Below, in pieces: positions 45,202 through 54,538 of a stretch of 64,000 bases of DNA. The stretch comes from Clostridiales bacterium (lineage in GTDB: Bacteria > Bacillota > Clostridia > Christensenellales > Borkfalkiaceae): the NCBI GenBank assembly GCA_015055865.1, contig SVHK01000001.1, positions 6,628-70,627 of the forward strand, written 5' to 3'. The notes beneath the pieces were generated by a model. It was given only the letters and a program-made list of their open reading frames with translations. It was not told the DNA's origin and did no database searches. Numbering within the stretch: the first letter of the stretch is position 1; every line of letters starts with the position of its first letter. The translations under genes were made by a program, and so were the position numbers.

Positions 45202-45357
45202 CTTTGGCGCAGGAAGAGGGATTCGCGCCTTTAGCGACGCGCCCCGCTCCGCCATTCTCAATGGCGTCCTTTGCCGTTAACTTTTTTGTCATACTTACTT
45301 TCGTCGGCAAAGCGTTTTGCTCTCGCAAAACGGCTCCCACCCTCGAATCCCTCTTCT
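45202..45357 (-). other. tRNA-Ser-derived trailer: a displaced copy of the tRNA 3' end closing a roughly 150-nt hairpin-rich domain
   Basis: 45202-45225 is identical to 45407-45430 (a 24-nt direct repeat covering CCA, acceptor and half the T-arm). An inverted copy at 45344-45357 can pair with 45213-45225 (13 bp). Internal hairpins are CGUUUUGC-GAGA-GCAAAACG, UUUGCCG/CGGCAAA and CGCCAU/AUGGCG. Confidence 0.5.
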
Positions 45358-45409
45358 TTTTCGGTGTACATAAAGAAATAGGAACGGAAACCATCCGCTC
45401 CTATTTCTT

Positions 45410-45498
45410 TGGCGCAGGAAGAGGGATTCGAACCCCCGTGGGCTTTCACCCAAACGGTTTTCAAGACCGCCTCGTTATGACCGCTTCGATATTCCTGC
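45410..45498 (-). tRNA. tRNA-Ser (anticodon UGA), CCA encoded
   Basis: A manual cloverleaf gives acceptor GCAGGAA/UUCCUGC, a 3-bp D stem, anticodon stem GCGGU/ACCGU with loop CUUGAAA, long variable arm UGGG-UGAAAG-CCCA, T-arm GGGGG-UUCGAAU-CCCUC and discriminator G followed by CCA. Confidence 0.92.
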
Positions 45499-45519
45499 TT
45501 CTTGTTTAATTGTGTTTAT

Positions 45520-45648
45520 TCCCAAACGGTTTGACGCTCGCTATCTCTCGCTATTCCGTCGCTTTCGCTCCTTTCAAGACTCGCCTCACTTTGACCGCTT
45601 CGGTCTATTTCGGCGTATGCCGAATTATTCCTGCTTCTTGTTTAATTG
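45520..45648 (-). pseudogene. Degenerate duplicate of the tRNA-Ser 5' flank and 5' half, interrupted by two insertions, located in the tRNA leader
   Basis: 23 nt (attcctgcttcttgtttaattgt) are repeated at 45490-45512 and 45626-45648. The copy retains GCAGGAAUA..CGAAGCGGUCA..GAGGCGaGUCUUGAAA..AACCGUUUGGG, with inserts of about 23 nt and about 40 nt. It lacks the T-arm and 3' acceptor. Confidence 0.55.
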
Positions 45649-45677
45649 TAACGCATTTTCAAACGCTCTACCTTTTT

Positions 45678-45706
45678 ATTATACCCCTTTTTTATGGAAA
45701 TGTCAA
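45678..45706 (-). promoter_or_regulatory. Consensus sigma-A promoter (TTGACA-17-TATAAT) of the tRNA-Ser unit
   Basis: On the minus strand the -35 lies at 45706-45701 and the -10 at 45683-45678. Confidence 0.65.
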
Positions 45707-45724
45707 TGATTATCCCTATCTTTA

Positions 45725-45760
45725 TAAAAAAACGGTAAACTCTTTTTTAAAAGTTTGCCG
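45725..45760 (-). terminator. Intrinsic terminator after uvrA
   Basis: A stem cggtaaact / agtttgccg followed by U7 on the minus strand. Confidence 0.7.
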
Positions 45761-45788
45761 TTTTTAATTCTTTTTTACTATTTCGACA

Positions 45789-48614
45789 TTACTCTACGGA
45801 ATTGAAAAGCCGTTTTAAGAATTGCCCCGTGTAGCTGTCTTCACATTCCGCGATTTGTTCAGGCGTACCCGTTGCAACGATTGTACCCCCACCACTACCC
45901 CCTTCAGGGCCTAAATCAATTACGTAATCCGCCGTCTTAATAACGTCCAAATTATGTTCAATGACGATTACCGTATTTCCTGCCGAACGGAGCTTTAATA
46001 AGATTTTCAAAAGTTTATCGACGTCGTAAGTGTGCAAACCCGTCGTCGGCTCGTCCAAAATATACACCGTCTTGCCCGTCGAACGTTTGGAAAGTTCGGT
46101 CGCAAGTTTCACTCTTTGCGCTTCACCGCCCGAAAGGGTCGTCGAGCTTTGACCCAGCTTGATATATCCAAGCCCCACTTCGTTCAAAGTCTTGATTTTA
46201 TTATAAATACTTGGCACGGGTGCAAAGAATTCGCACGCTTCTTCGACCGTCATATCGAGTACGTCGAAAATACTCTTGCCCTTGTACTTAACTTCGAGCG
46301 TTTCACGGTTATACCGTTTCCCCGCGCACACTTCGCAAGGCACGAAAATATCGGGTAAGAAGTGCATTTCAATTTTTATAATACCGTCGCCGAAACAGTG
46401 TTCACACCTACCCCCTGCCACGTTGAACGAGAACCTGCCCGGCTTATAACCGCGTTCTTGCGCGTCGGGAGTCATTGCAAACAAATCGCGTATCGCGTTG
46501 AATACGCCCGTATAGGTTGCAGGGTTACTTCTCGGCGTTCTGCCAATCGGGGACTGGTCAATCGCAATTACTTTATCAAAATGCTCCACCCCGTCAATGC
46601 GCGCGTATTTCCCAAGCGGTTGACGTGCGCCGTTGAGTTCGTTGGCGAGCGTAGGATATAAAATCTCGTTGACCAAACTCGATTTACCGCTACCCGACAC
46701 CCCCGTTACCGCAGTAATTAACCCTGCCGGGAACTCCACGTCGATATTTTTCAAATTATTTTGTTGACAACCGCAAACTTTCAACCACCTGCCGTCGGGT
46801 TTTGCTCGAAGCGCAGGTATTTCAATTTTTCGTCTACCGGCAAGATAATCGCCCGTAATCGAATTCGGCTCAGCCATTACGTCCACTCGCGTACCGCTTA
46901 CGACGATTTCCCCGCCGTGTACCCCTGCTTTCGGACCGATATCGACGATATAGTCCGCTTCTTTAATGGTATCTTCGTCGTGTTCGACGACAATTAACGT
47001 ATTTCCTAAATCCCGAAGTCCTTTCAAGGACTGAATGAGTTTCTCGTTATCGCGTTGATGAAGTCCGATACTCGGCTCGTCCAAAATATAGAGTACGCCC
47101 GTGAGTGCGCTACCGATTTGCGTCGCCAAACGAATACGTTGGCTCTCCCCACCCGAAAGCGTATTGGCAGTACGGGTCAAGGTCAAATAATTAAGCCCAA
47201 CGTTCCTTAAAAAGCCTAAACGGTTGCGAATTTCTTTAATAATGGCGTCGGCAATCAAATGCTCGGTCGGCGTAAACTCCGCCGTAATTTTATCGATAAA
47301 CGCGTATAAATCGTCAATGGACAGTTCGCACGTTTCCCAAATATTTTTACCGCCGACGGTAACCGACAACGCTTCCCTTTTTAAACGTTTTCCGTGACAG
47401 CAAACACAGGGTGCGGAGCGCATCAACCGTTCGATTTCGTATTTGACTCCGTCCGACGTACTCGTCGCATAACGGCGTTGTAAGTTATTCACGTACCCTT
47501 CCCATTGTTTTTTAAAACTACCGCTAAACGAACGGGTCTTGTACGACATATCCAACTTTTCTTTCGCTCCGTACATCAACACGTCGTACACTTCTTGGCT
47601 CAACTCCTGCACGGGTACGTCGAGCGAAAAGTCGTACGCTTTAGCAAGCGCGGAAAGTTCCATCAACGCCATTGATTGCGACCCTAAACTCCAGCCCGTC
47701 ACTTTCATCGCGCCTTCGCGAAGCGTTTTTGTTTTATCCGGACAAATCAAATCGGGGTCAACCACCTGTTTAAAGCCCAAGCCGTAACATTCGGGACAAG
47801 CGCCGTAGGGGGTATTGAACGAAAACATTCTCGGTTCAATTTCTTCAAGCGAAATACCGCAATCGGGGCAGGCGTAATTGACGGAATACAACTCTTCCTT
47901 ACCGTCGCAATCGATAACGACAAGTCCGCTGGCAAGTTTCAACGCCGTTTCCAAACTGTCCGTCAAACGTTTTTGAATGGTCGGTTTCACAACCAAACGG
48001 TCAACAACGACGGAAATATCGTGTTTAATATTCTTTTCAAGCTTGATTTCTTCTTGCAAATCGTAAACGATACCGTCAATCTTTACCCGACCATAACCGC
48101 TCTTTTTAAACCCGTTCAACTCCTTGACGTACTCGCCCTTTCTACCGCGAACGACGGGCGCGTTAATCAAAATTTTGCTTCCTTCGGGCATTGCCATTAC
48201 TTTGTCCGCAATCTCGTCCACCGTTTGACGGCGGATTTCCTTACCGCAGTTAGGACAATGGGGTACGCCGATTCTTGCGAATAACAAACGGAAATAATCG
48301 TAAATTTCCGTAACCGTCCCAACGGTAGAACGGGGGTTGTGCGAAGTGGTTTTTTGGTCGATAGAAATGGCAGGCGAAAGCCCGTCGATACTCTCGACGT
48401 CCGGTTTTTCCATTTGGCCTAAAAACTGACGGGCGTAGGACGACAAACTCTCTACGTACCGCCTTTGCCCTTCGGCAAAAATAGTATCGAACGCGAGCGT
48501 GGATTTACCGCTACCCGAAAGCCCCGTGAACACGGTTAACGTGTTGCGGGGGATTGTCAAATCGACGTTTTTAAGATTATTTTGTTTTGCGCCTTTTATT
48601 ACGATTTCTTCCAT
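45789..48614 (-). CDS. uvrA: Excinuclease ABC subunit A
   Basis: A 941-aa protein with two ABC ATPase modules ([18 protein letters not shown]), LSGGE signatures and zinc-finger CxxC pairs. Confidence 0.97.
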   Translation of the reverse strand: MEEIVIKGAKQNNLKNVDLTIPRNTLTVFTGLSGSGKSTLAFDTIFAEGQRRYVESLSSYARQFLGQMEKPDVESIDGLSPAISIDQKTTSHNPRSTVGTVTEIYDYFRLLFARIGVPHCPNCGKEIRRQTVDEIADKVMAMPEGSKILINAPVVRGRKGEYVKELNGFKKSGYGRVKIDGIVYDLQEEIKLEKNIKHDISVVVDRLVVKPTIQKRLTDSLETALKLASGLVVIDCDGKEELYSVNYACPDCGISLEEIEPRMFSFNTPYGACPECYGLGFKQVVDPDLICPDKTKTLREGAMKVTGWSLGSQSMALMELSALAKAYDFSLDVPVQELSQEVYDVLMYGAKEKLDMSYKTRSFSGSFKKQWEGYVNNLQRRYATSTSDGVKYEIERLMRSAPCVCCHGKRLKREALSVTVGGKNIWETCELSIDDLYAFIDKITAEFTPTEHLIADAIIKEIRNRLGFLRNVGLNYLTLTRTANTLSGGESQRIRLATQIGSALTGVLYILDEPSIGLHQRDNEKLIQSLKGLRDLGNTLIVVEHDEDTIKEADYIVDIGPKAGVHGGEIVVSGTRVDVMAEPNSITGDYLAGRRKIEIPALRAKPDGRWLKVCGCQQNNLKNIDVEFPAGLITAVTGVSGSGKSSLVNEILYPTLANELNGARQPLGKYARIDGVEHFDKVIAIDQSPIGRTPRSNPATYTGVFNAIRDLFAMTPDAQERGYKPGRFSFNVAGGRCEHCFGDGIIKIEMHFLPDIFVPCEVCAGKRYNRETLEVKYKGKSIFDVLDMTVEEACEFFAPVPSIYNKIKTLNEVGLGYIKLGQSSTTLSGGEAQRVKLATELSKRSTGKTVYILDEPTTGLHTYDVDKLLKILLKLRSAGNTVIVIEHNLDVIKTADYVIDLGPEGGSGGGTIVATGTPEQIAECEDSYTGQFLKRLFNSVE

Positions 48615-48628
48615 ATTTAACCTAAAAT

Positions 48629-50602
48629 TTATTTCATCGCTTTGCGTAATACTTGCTTTAATTCCGCAATTTTTTCACGAATTTCGATTGCGCGTTCAAA
48701 GTCAAGCTGACCGCTTGCAACTTTCATCAACGCTTTGAGTTTCTCTATCTCGTCGGGAATTTCCTTTAATGGTATATCGTCTATATTCGAGCGTTTTTTC
48801 GTGATATTCAACGCCGATTTGATTTGTTTGACGATAGTTTTAGGCACAATCCCGTGCGCCTTGTTGTATTCGTCTTGTACTTTCCTTCTTCGATTAGTTT
48901 CGTCAATCGCCCGACGCATACTGTCCGTAACCACGTCCGCGTACATAATAACCCTGCCTTCGCTGTTTCGCGCCGCGCGACCTATCGTTTGAATGAGCGA
49001 CGTTTCGCTACGCAAAAAACCTTCCTTGTCCGCGTCGAGAATCGCTACCAGCTTGACTTCAGGCAAGTCCAACCCTTCGCGGAGCAAATTAATTCCGCAA
49101 AGTACGTCGAAATCCCCGTTGCGAAGTCCGTTGATAATATCTACTCTCTCTAACGTGTCGATATCGCTATGCATATACTTTACTTTCACCGAACGTTCTT
49201 TCAAGTAATCCGTCAATTCTTCGGACATTTTCTTGGTTAAGGTCGTAATCAAAACCCTGCCCCCGTCGTTTACGACTTTATGCACTTCCGAAAGCAAGTC
49301 GTCTATCTGCCCGCGCGTCGGTTTTACGGTAATTTCGGGGTCTAACAGCCCCGTAGGACGAATAAGTTGTTCCACTTTTTGCCCCGCCTCGTTTAATTCG
49401 TAGGGGGCAGGTGTGGCGGAAACGCAAATCATTTGCGGTACGCGCGCGTCGAATTCGTCAAAGGTAAGCGGTCTGTTATCGAACGCCGATTTCATTCTAA
49501 AGCCGTATTCGACGAGATTTTTCTTTCTGGATAAGTCCCCGTGATACATTGCACGGATTTGCGGAATAGTCATGTGGCTCTCGTCGATAAACACTAAAAA
49601 TTCACCGCTGGGGAAATAATCGAGCAAAGTAAAAGACGGTTCGCCGGGACTACGCCCGTCGAAATATCTGCTGTAATTTTCGATACCGCTACAATACCCG
49701 ATTTCTCGCATCATTTCCAAATCGTGTTCACAGCGTTGTTTCAAGCGTTGCGATTCTAAAATTTTTCCGTCCTCTTCAAACGCGCGCACTTCCCCTTTCA
49801 AGTCTTCTTCTATCATCGCAATCGCCGACTTGAGTTTTTCCGTACCGACGGCGTATTGACTCGCAGGGAAAATCGCCACGTGCGAAAGCTCGTTGATTTT
49901 TTTGCCCGTCAACGCTTCCACTTCGTAAATCCTATCGATTTCGTCGCCGAAAAATTCCACGCGAATAGCAACTTCGGAGTTTGATGCAGGAAAAATTTCT
50001 ACGCTATCCCCACGCACGCGAAAAGTCGAACGTTTAAAATCGACGTCGTTTCTCGCGTATTGGAGTTCTATCAACTTTCTAAGCAACGCGTTGCGCTCCC
50101 ACTCCATACCCGGTCGCAAAGAAATGGACAAGCGAAAATACTCTTCAGGCGCGCCAAGCCCGTAAATGCAGGACACCGAAGCGACCACGATAACGTCCTT
50201 TCTTTCCATCAACGCACCCGTCGCGCTGTTGCGGAGTTTGTCTATTTCGTCGTTTAAACTTAAATCCTTTTCAATATACGTATCGGTTGACGGAATATAG
50301 CTTTCGGGCTGATAATAATCGTAGTAAGACACGAAATACTCAACCCTGTTATCGGGAAAGAACTCTTTGAACTCGTTACAAAGCTGAGCCGCAAGCGTTT
50401 TATTATGCGCTATCACGAGCGTGGGTCGACCGACGTTTTTAATGACGTTCGCCATCGTGAACGTCTTACCACTACCCGTAACCCCGACGAGTACCTGCGT
50501 TCGAATCCCGTCAAGCACCCCTTCGGTCAATTTTTCAATCGCTTGCGGTTGGTCGCCCGTAGGCTGAAAGGGCGATACTAATTTAAATTGAATTGTTTCC
50601 AT
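48629..50602 (-). CDS. uvrB: Excinuclease ABC subunit B
   Basis: It has the Walker A motif [10 protein letters not shown], helicase motifs and a C-terminal UVR domain. An AAGGGGGA RBS is present. Confidence 0.97.
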   Translation of the reverse strand: METIQFKLVSPFQPTGDQPQAIEKLTEGVLDGIRTQVLVGVTGSGKTFTMANVIKNVGRPTLVIAHNKTLAAQLCNEFKEFFPDNRVEYFVSYYDYYQPESYIPSTDTYIEKDLSLNDEIDKLRNSATGALMERKDVIVVASVSCIYGLGAPEEYFRLSISLRPGMEWERNALLRKLIELQYARNDVDFKRSTFRVRGDSVEIFPASNSEVAIRVEFFGDEIDRIYEVEALTGKKINELSHVAIFPASQYAVGTEKLKSAIAMIEEDLKGEVRAFEEDGKILESQRLKQRCEHDLEMMREIGYCSGIENYSRYFDGRSPGEPSFTLLDYFPSGEFLVFIDESHMTIPQIRAMYHGDLSRKKNLVEYGFRMKSAFDNRPLTFDEFDARVPQMICVSATPAPYELNEAGQKVEQLIRPTGLLDPEITVKPTRGQIDDLLSEVHKVVNDGGRVLITTLTKKMSEELTDYLKERSVKVKYMHSDIDTLERVDIINGLRNGDFDVLCGINLLREGLDLPEVKLVAILDADKEGFLRSETSLIQTIGRAARNSEGRVIMYADVVTDSMRRAIDETNRRRKVQDEYNKAHGIVPKTIVKQIKSALNITKKRSNIDDIPLKEIPDEIEKLKALMKVASGQLDFERAIEIREKIAELKQVLRKAMK

Positions 50603-50619
50603 TTTTTATCCCCCTTAAC

Positions 50620-50862
50620 GAAGTATTGCGACCAAGCTCGTGCTTAATCGGAGAACCGAGCAACAACGTCCCGTTGTATCGAGTTTTTCTATCTTTCTTT
50701 TGCGGTTTGATTGTTCGCACTCGTAACTGACCAAAGCAGTGTTTAATCGGAGAACCGAGCAAGACAAGGAAAGCGAGCATTTTCGCAGGGAGCGTACTAA
50801 ATCGTACGTGACCAAGAAAACGCGGAGCTCGACGCAGTATTGCGACGGTTATACGATTAAGC
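50620..50862. repeat. Modular intergenic repeat, locus C (M2 tail, variant M1, variant M2)
   Basis: It shares the M1 core gagcaacaacgtcccgttgtatcgag..ttctatcttt and the M2 core gagcaagacaaggaaagcgagcattttcgcagggagcgtactaaatcgtacg with loci B and D. It starts 18 nt upstream of the uvrB ATG. Confidence 0.85.
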
Positions 50863-50865
50863 AAC

Positions 50866-50879
50866 CGAACATTCGTTTG
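50866..50879. promoter_or_regulatory. LexA/DinR (Cheo) box upstream of uvrB
   Basis: CGAACATTCGTTTG compared with the consensus CGAAC-N4-GTTCG has one mismatch. It lies 12 nt downstream of the -10 of the uvrB promoter. Confidence 0.6.
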
Positions 50880-50891
50880 CTTTCAAAAAAT

Positions 50892-50920
50892 ATTATACCA
50901 CATTTTTAATAAAAAGTAAA
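50892..50920 (-). promoter_or_regulatory. Sigma-A promoter of uvrBA (TTTACT-17-TGgTATAAT)
   Basis: On the minus strand the -35 lies at 50920-50915 and the -10 at 50897-50892, with an extended TG. Confidence 0.55.
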
Positions 50921-51061
50921 CGATTTGAGTAAAAATTTTTGCTATTTTTCAACAATCGGTCTTACAAATAATACTACACCCATTTTTTTTTTGCGTTTTT
51001 AGCGTTATACGCTATGATTTTTTTTTTAAATGTGTTATAATAAATATAATAAGGAGTTTTT

Positions 51062-51934
51062 ATGCCTGCAGTTTACGCACATCAACGGTTTGGCGAACTC
51101 GTTTTCGAGAATTTGCCACCCCAATTAAAAATCGCTTTCGAGCCGTATAGAGAGAGTTTTTCGCTCGGTTTTGAAGGGCCTGACATTCTTTTTTATCACA
51201 AACCCTTCAAATCCAACGAACCGAAATCCAAAGGTATGCGGATTCATTTAATTTCCGCTTTACCCTTTTTTACGCGTTCGGCAAAACTTATTCAAGAGCA
51301 ACGAACGCAAAACAAGCTCTCTACACCTTTGTCGGCGTACGTAGCAGGTTTTATTTGTCATTTTTGCTTAGACAACGCTTGCCACCCCGCCGTGTACGAG
51401 TTGGAATTTACGGGCGTTTCGCACGGTTTAATCGAATCGGAATTCGACAAATATTTATTGCTTAAAGACAACGAAAAAGCGTTTGGTTACAACCCTGCCC
51501 GTCGCATTTTAGACAAAAACGGCTCGGCGAAAGCGTCCGCAAGCGTACTTGACGTACAAGAAAAAGAAATCAAACGCGCGATTAGAACAATCCGCTTTAT
51601 CAACGGCGCGTTCGTATGTAGATATAAACTTATACATAAAATTATTCATTTATTTTTACGGCTTTTGAAAAAGGACGAGAGTTTTGGAAGCATGCTCATT
51701 CATCATACCGACGACGAAAAATGTCAAAAAATCGCGCCGAAAATGCTGGAAGAACTTGAAAACGCGGTACTTCCGACCGTAAATCTTATTCAAGACTACT
51801 TTAATAACGTTGAAATAACCGCCCAAACGGGCGTTATAAACGAAACGTTCGATAAAAACTATACTGGAGGAATTTTAGATGAACACCACCAACCAATCCG
51901 CCGAGAAATCGGCAAAACGCTTGACCCCACTTGA
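51062..51934 (+). CDS. Zinc-dependent phospholipase C-like family protein
   Basis: The N-terminal MPAVYAHQRFG and later His-rich motifs resemble the bacterial PLC-like Zn hydrolase family. The call rests on resemblance only. Confidence 0.5.
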   Translation: MPAVYAHQRFGELVFENLPPQLKIAFEPYRESFSLGFEGPDILFYHKPFKSNEPKSKGMRIHLISALPFFTRSAKLIQEQRTQNKLSTPLSAYVAGFICHFCLDNACHPAVYELEFTGVSHGLIESEFDKYLLLKDNEKAFGYNPARRILDKNGSAKASASVLDVQEKEIKRAIRTIRFINGAFVCRYKLIHKIIHLFLRLLKKDESFGSMLIHHTDDEKCQKIAPKMLEELENAVLPTVNLIQDYFNNVEITAQTGVINETFDKNYTGGILDEHHQPIRREIGKTLDPT

Positions 51935-53222
51935 GAAGAAGTGGGTATTGTACGACGTAGGTAATTCCGCGTTCGTACTGTTTGCGTCCACGATTATCCC
52001 CATTTATTTCGCGTCCCTTGCAGGGAACGATTCTTCGGGCGTGGCAACGTCCATTTGGGGCGCGGTATCCGCAATCGTCGCGTTAATTTCCCTTTTCGTA
52101 TGCCCTATTTTCGGCACGATGGCGGACTTTAGCGGTAAAAAGAAGTTCTTTTTAATCTTCGCTACCATCGGTATTTGTGGTTGCGTTCTGCAATCCATAC
52201 CGGGAATGACCGCGCTATTGTTTGCAATCGTGTATATTATTACCGATTCGAGCTTATCGTCTTCCTGCGTATTCTACGATTCGATGCTTTCGGACGTAAC
52301 CACGGAAGACAGACTCCATAACGTATCCGCGAACGGGTACGCGTGGGGGTATATCGGTAGTTGTATCCCGTTCCTTATTTGTTTGGTGCTCGTGCTCGTC
52401 GTTCCCAACTCCGTGATGACGATGCAATGGCGTATGACCCTTTCCTTCCTTATCACGGCAGGTTGGTGGCTTGCGTTCACGTTACCGATTGCAAAGAGCT
52501 ACAAGCAAACGCATTTCTTGGCTAAGCCTGAACACCCTATTAAAGATACGTTCGTTCGCTTAGGTCAAATCTTTAAAGAAATCAAGACGAACAAAAAAGC
52601 GTTCTTGTTCCTTATCGCGTTCTTCCTTTACATCAACGGCGCGTATACCATTATTAAAATGGCGACCATTTACGGTCAAGACGTATTGAACCTTGACCAA
52701 AACCAACTTCTTCTCGCGCTCTTATTAACGCAAATTATCGCGTTCCCGAGCGCAATTATCATCGGTCGTCTTTCCAAAAAATTCGAAGATAAATATCTTA
52801 TCACCGTTTGTATTTGCGGTTACGTTGCAGTATCCCTTTTCGCCTTGTTCTTAAAAGTACAATGGCAATTCTGGCTTTTAGCAGTCGTCGTAGGCATGTT
52901 CCAAGGCGGTATTCAATCGCTCTCTCGTTCCTACTTCACAAGCATTATCCCCAGCGAAAAATCAGGCGAATACTTCGGTATTTACGACATCTTCGGCAAG
53001 GGCGCGGGTACGCTCGGTCCGGCGCTCGTCAGCGGTTGCGTTATAATCGTCAACGCGATTACCGAAGCGGTGCCTTCGTTCGTTAACGTTACGGCGGTTA
53101 TGAACCTTGACTTGTTACCCATTCCACTCTTAACGATTGCAGGCGCGATTGTGTTCTACTTCGTTGCAAAGCTTCCCACGAACAAGGAACTTCCTAAAAC
53201 GGAAGAAACAACCGAAGAATAA
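51879..53222 (+). CDS. MFS transporter (UMF1/Atg22-like)
   Basis: It has 12 predicted TM helices and an N-terminal KKWVLYDVGNSAF motif. A GGAGGA RBS lies 7 nt before the ATG. It overlaps the upstream gene by 56 nt. Confidence 0.8.
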   Translation: MNTTNQSAEKSAKRLTPLEKKWVLYDVGNSAFVLFASTIIPIYFASLAGNDSSGVATSIWGAVSAIVALISLFVCPIFGTMADFSGKKKFFLIFATIGICGCVLQSIPGMTALLFAIVYIITDSSLSSSCVFYDSMLSDVTTEDRLHNVSANGYAWGYIGSCIPFLICLVLVLVVPNSVMTMQWRMTLSFLITAGWWLAFTLPIAKSYKQTHFLAKPEHPIKDTFVRLGQIFKEIKTNKKAFLFLIAFFLYINGAYTIIKMATIYGQDVLNLDQNQLLLALLLTQIIAFPSAIIIGRLSKKFEDKYLITVCICGYVAVSLFALFLKVQWQFWLLAVVVGMFQGGIQSLSRSYFTSIIPSEKSGEYFGIYDIFGKGAGTLGPALVSGCVIIVNAITEAVPSFVNVTAVMNLDLLPIPLLTIAGAIVFYFVAKLPTNKELPKTEETTEE

Positions 53223-53239
53223 TTCTTTTGAAAACTTAA

Positions 53240-53276
53240 AAAACTCCGACTTTACGAACCGTAAAGTCGGAGTTTT
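53240..53276. terminator. Bidirectional terminator (MFS / ddl)
   Basis: A stem of about 17 bp, aaaactccgactttacg / cgtaaagtcggagtttt. Confidence 0.7.
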
Positions 53277-53277
53277 G

Positions 53278-54408
53278 TTATTTGTTTCTCGTAAATTTAA
53301 CGTCCTTTAAAATCCCCGTTTGGGGCAAAAGTTTTTCTTTTTCTTCCGCCTTGCGCAACCCTTCTTCAATCAAATCGGTAAAGAACGCTTTCGCGTCCAC
53401 AAGTCGTTCACAAAACAGATAATAAGCAAGCGAGCCGGGAACGGTATTTACTTCGCTCAAATACACTTCGTCGTCTTTGACGAGATAATCCATACGCACA
53501 ACCCCGAACAAATCGCATTTTTTATACACGGTCTTGGTATAAGCTTTTATTCTTTGGGTCAAAATTTTGCCTAAATTCCCACCCCGACCGCGTTTTCCAC
53601 GCAACTGCCTACCGTCTTTTAAGTACTTATCCGAGAAAGAATAAACCCCGTCGTCGCTGGACGCAATTTCCGGCTCGGATACCACGATTTCGCCGTTTAA
53701 CGTATAGACCGCGCAGTTGACGTCTAATTTTCCGTCCAAATATTTTTCGATAACCGCCTTATCGTCTAATTCAAACGCAAGTAGCAGGGCGTTTTCCAGC
53801 TCTTCTTCCGTCTTTGCGAGCGTTATTCCTATCGACGAGCCTTGCTTTGCCGGTTTTACCACGACGGGATAGCCCAACCGTTTTCCAACGTTTTTAATTA
53901 AAAATTTTCCACGCCGAACAAAATCCTTTTCTTCTACGCGCACAAAATCAAGATGCGGAATATTCAATCCCCTTAACACGATTTTCGTAAACGCTTTATC
54001 CATAAACGCACCCGACCCCGTCAAGCACGGCGACGCAAACGGTATTTCATTCAACTGCGCCAACGCGGAAACGCCACCGCCTTCCCCCAAACCGCCGTGA
54101 CAACAATTCAGCGCGACGTCGATTGTTCCACACGGTTTTAAAAGAGTTTGTTTCTTGCCCTTTTTAACGAGTTTATAAAGCTCTTTTTCAACGAAAACTA
54201 CCTTATCGAATCTTTCCACGTCCACGTCTTTAAAATCGTTTAAATCCACGCTATTATCCGTAGAATAAATCCCCCCGTCTAAGTGCATATACAAAGGAAT
54301 TGGCTCGTATTTTTCCCTATCTAAAAGGCTTAAAACGAACAATCCCGTTAAAATTGAAATCTCTCGTTCAGAAGATTTACCGCCAAAAAATACCGCTACT
54401 TTTTTCAT
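53278..54408 (-). CDS. ddl: D-alanine--D-alanine ligase
   Basis: MKKVAVFFGGKSSEREIS and ATP-grasp motifs are present. The start was set at the ATG at 54408, which has a GGAGGTG RBS; the ORF track starts 54 nt further upstream. Confidence 0.92.
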   Translation of the reverse strand: MKKVAVFFGGKSSEREISILTGLFVLSLLDREKYEPIPLYMHLDGGIYSTDNSVDLNDFKDVDVERFDKVVFVEKELYKLVKKGKKQTLLKPCGTIDVALNCCHGGLGEGGGVSALAQLNEIPFASPCLTGSGAFMDKAFTKIVLRGLNIPHLDFVRVEEKDFVRRGKFLIKNVGKRLGYPVVVKPAKQGSSIGITLAKTEEELENALLLAFELDDKAVIEKYLDGKLDVNCAVYTLNGEIVVSEPEIASSDDGVYSFSDKYLKDGRQLRGKRGRGGNLGKILTQRIKAYTKTVYKKCDLFGVVRMDYLVKDDEVYLSEVNTVPGSLAYYLFCERLVDAKAFFTDLIEEGLRKAEEKEKLLPQTGILKDVKFTRNK

Positions 54409-54458
54409 AATAAAAACACCTCCGCAAAAATACTTTTTGCTTTGGTGTTTCTTTTGTG

Positions 54459-54525
54459 GCAACGTTCCGTTGCATCAACTTTTTTTCTATCTTTTCGTTA
54501 CGCTAAAGCGTTGCTTATTCGTCAA
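54459..54525. repeat. Degenerate M1-type repeat unit, locus E (murF-ddl spacer)
   Basis: gcaacgttccgttgcatcaac-ttttttctatcttttcgttacgct---gcgttgcttattcgtcaa aligns with M1 of locus B (39151-39215) by eye. Confidence 0.55.
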
Positions 54526-54538
54526 TTTCTTAACGGGA

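Noticed and set aside
45205-45293. A second functional type-II tRNA (Leu-GAG-like anticodon hairpin CGCCA-UUGAGAA-UGGCG plus a shared 3' end).
   Set aside because: The T-stem cannot pair (AAAGG versus CCCUC), and there is no matching 5' acceptor strand or D-arm. It is better explained as a displaced tRNA-Ser 3' fragment.
45053-45767. Several 65-105-aa ORFs across the tRNA region.
   Set aside because: They overlap the tRNA and its fragments on both strands. They have no RBS and a composition driven by the repeats.
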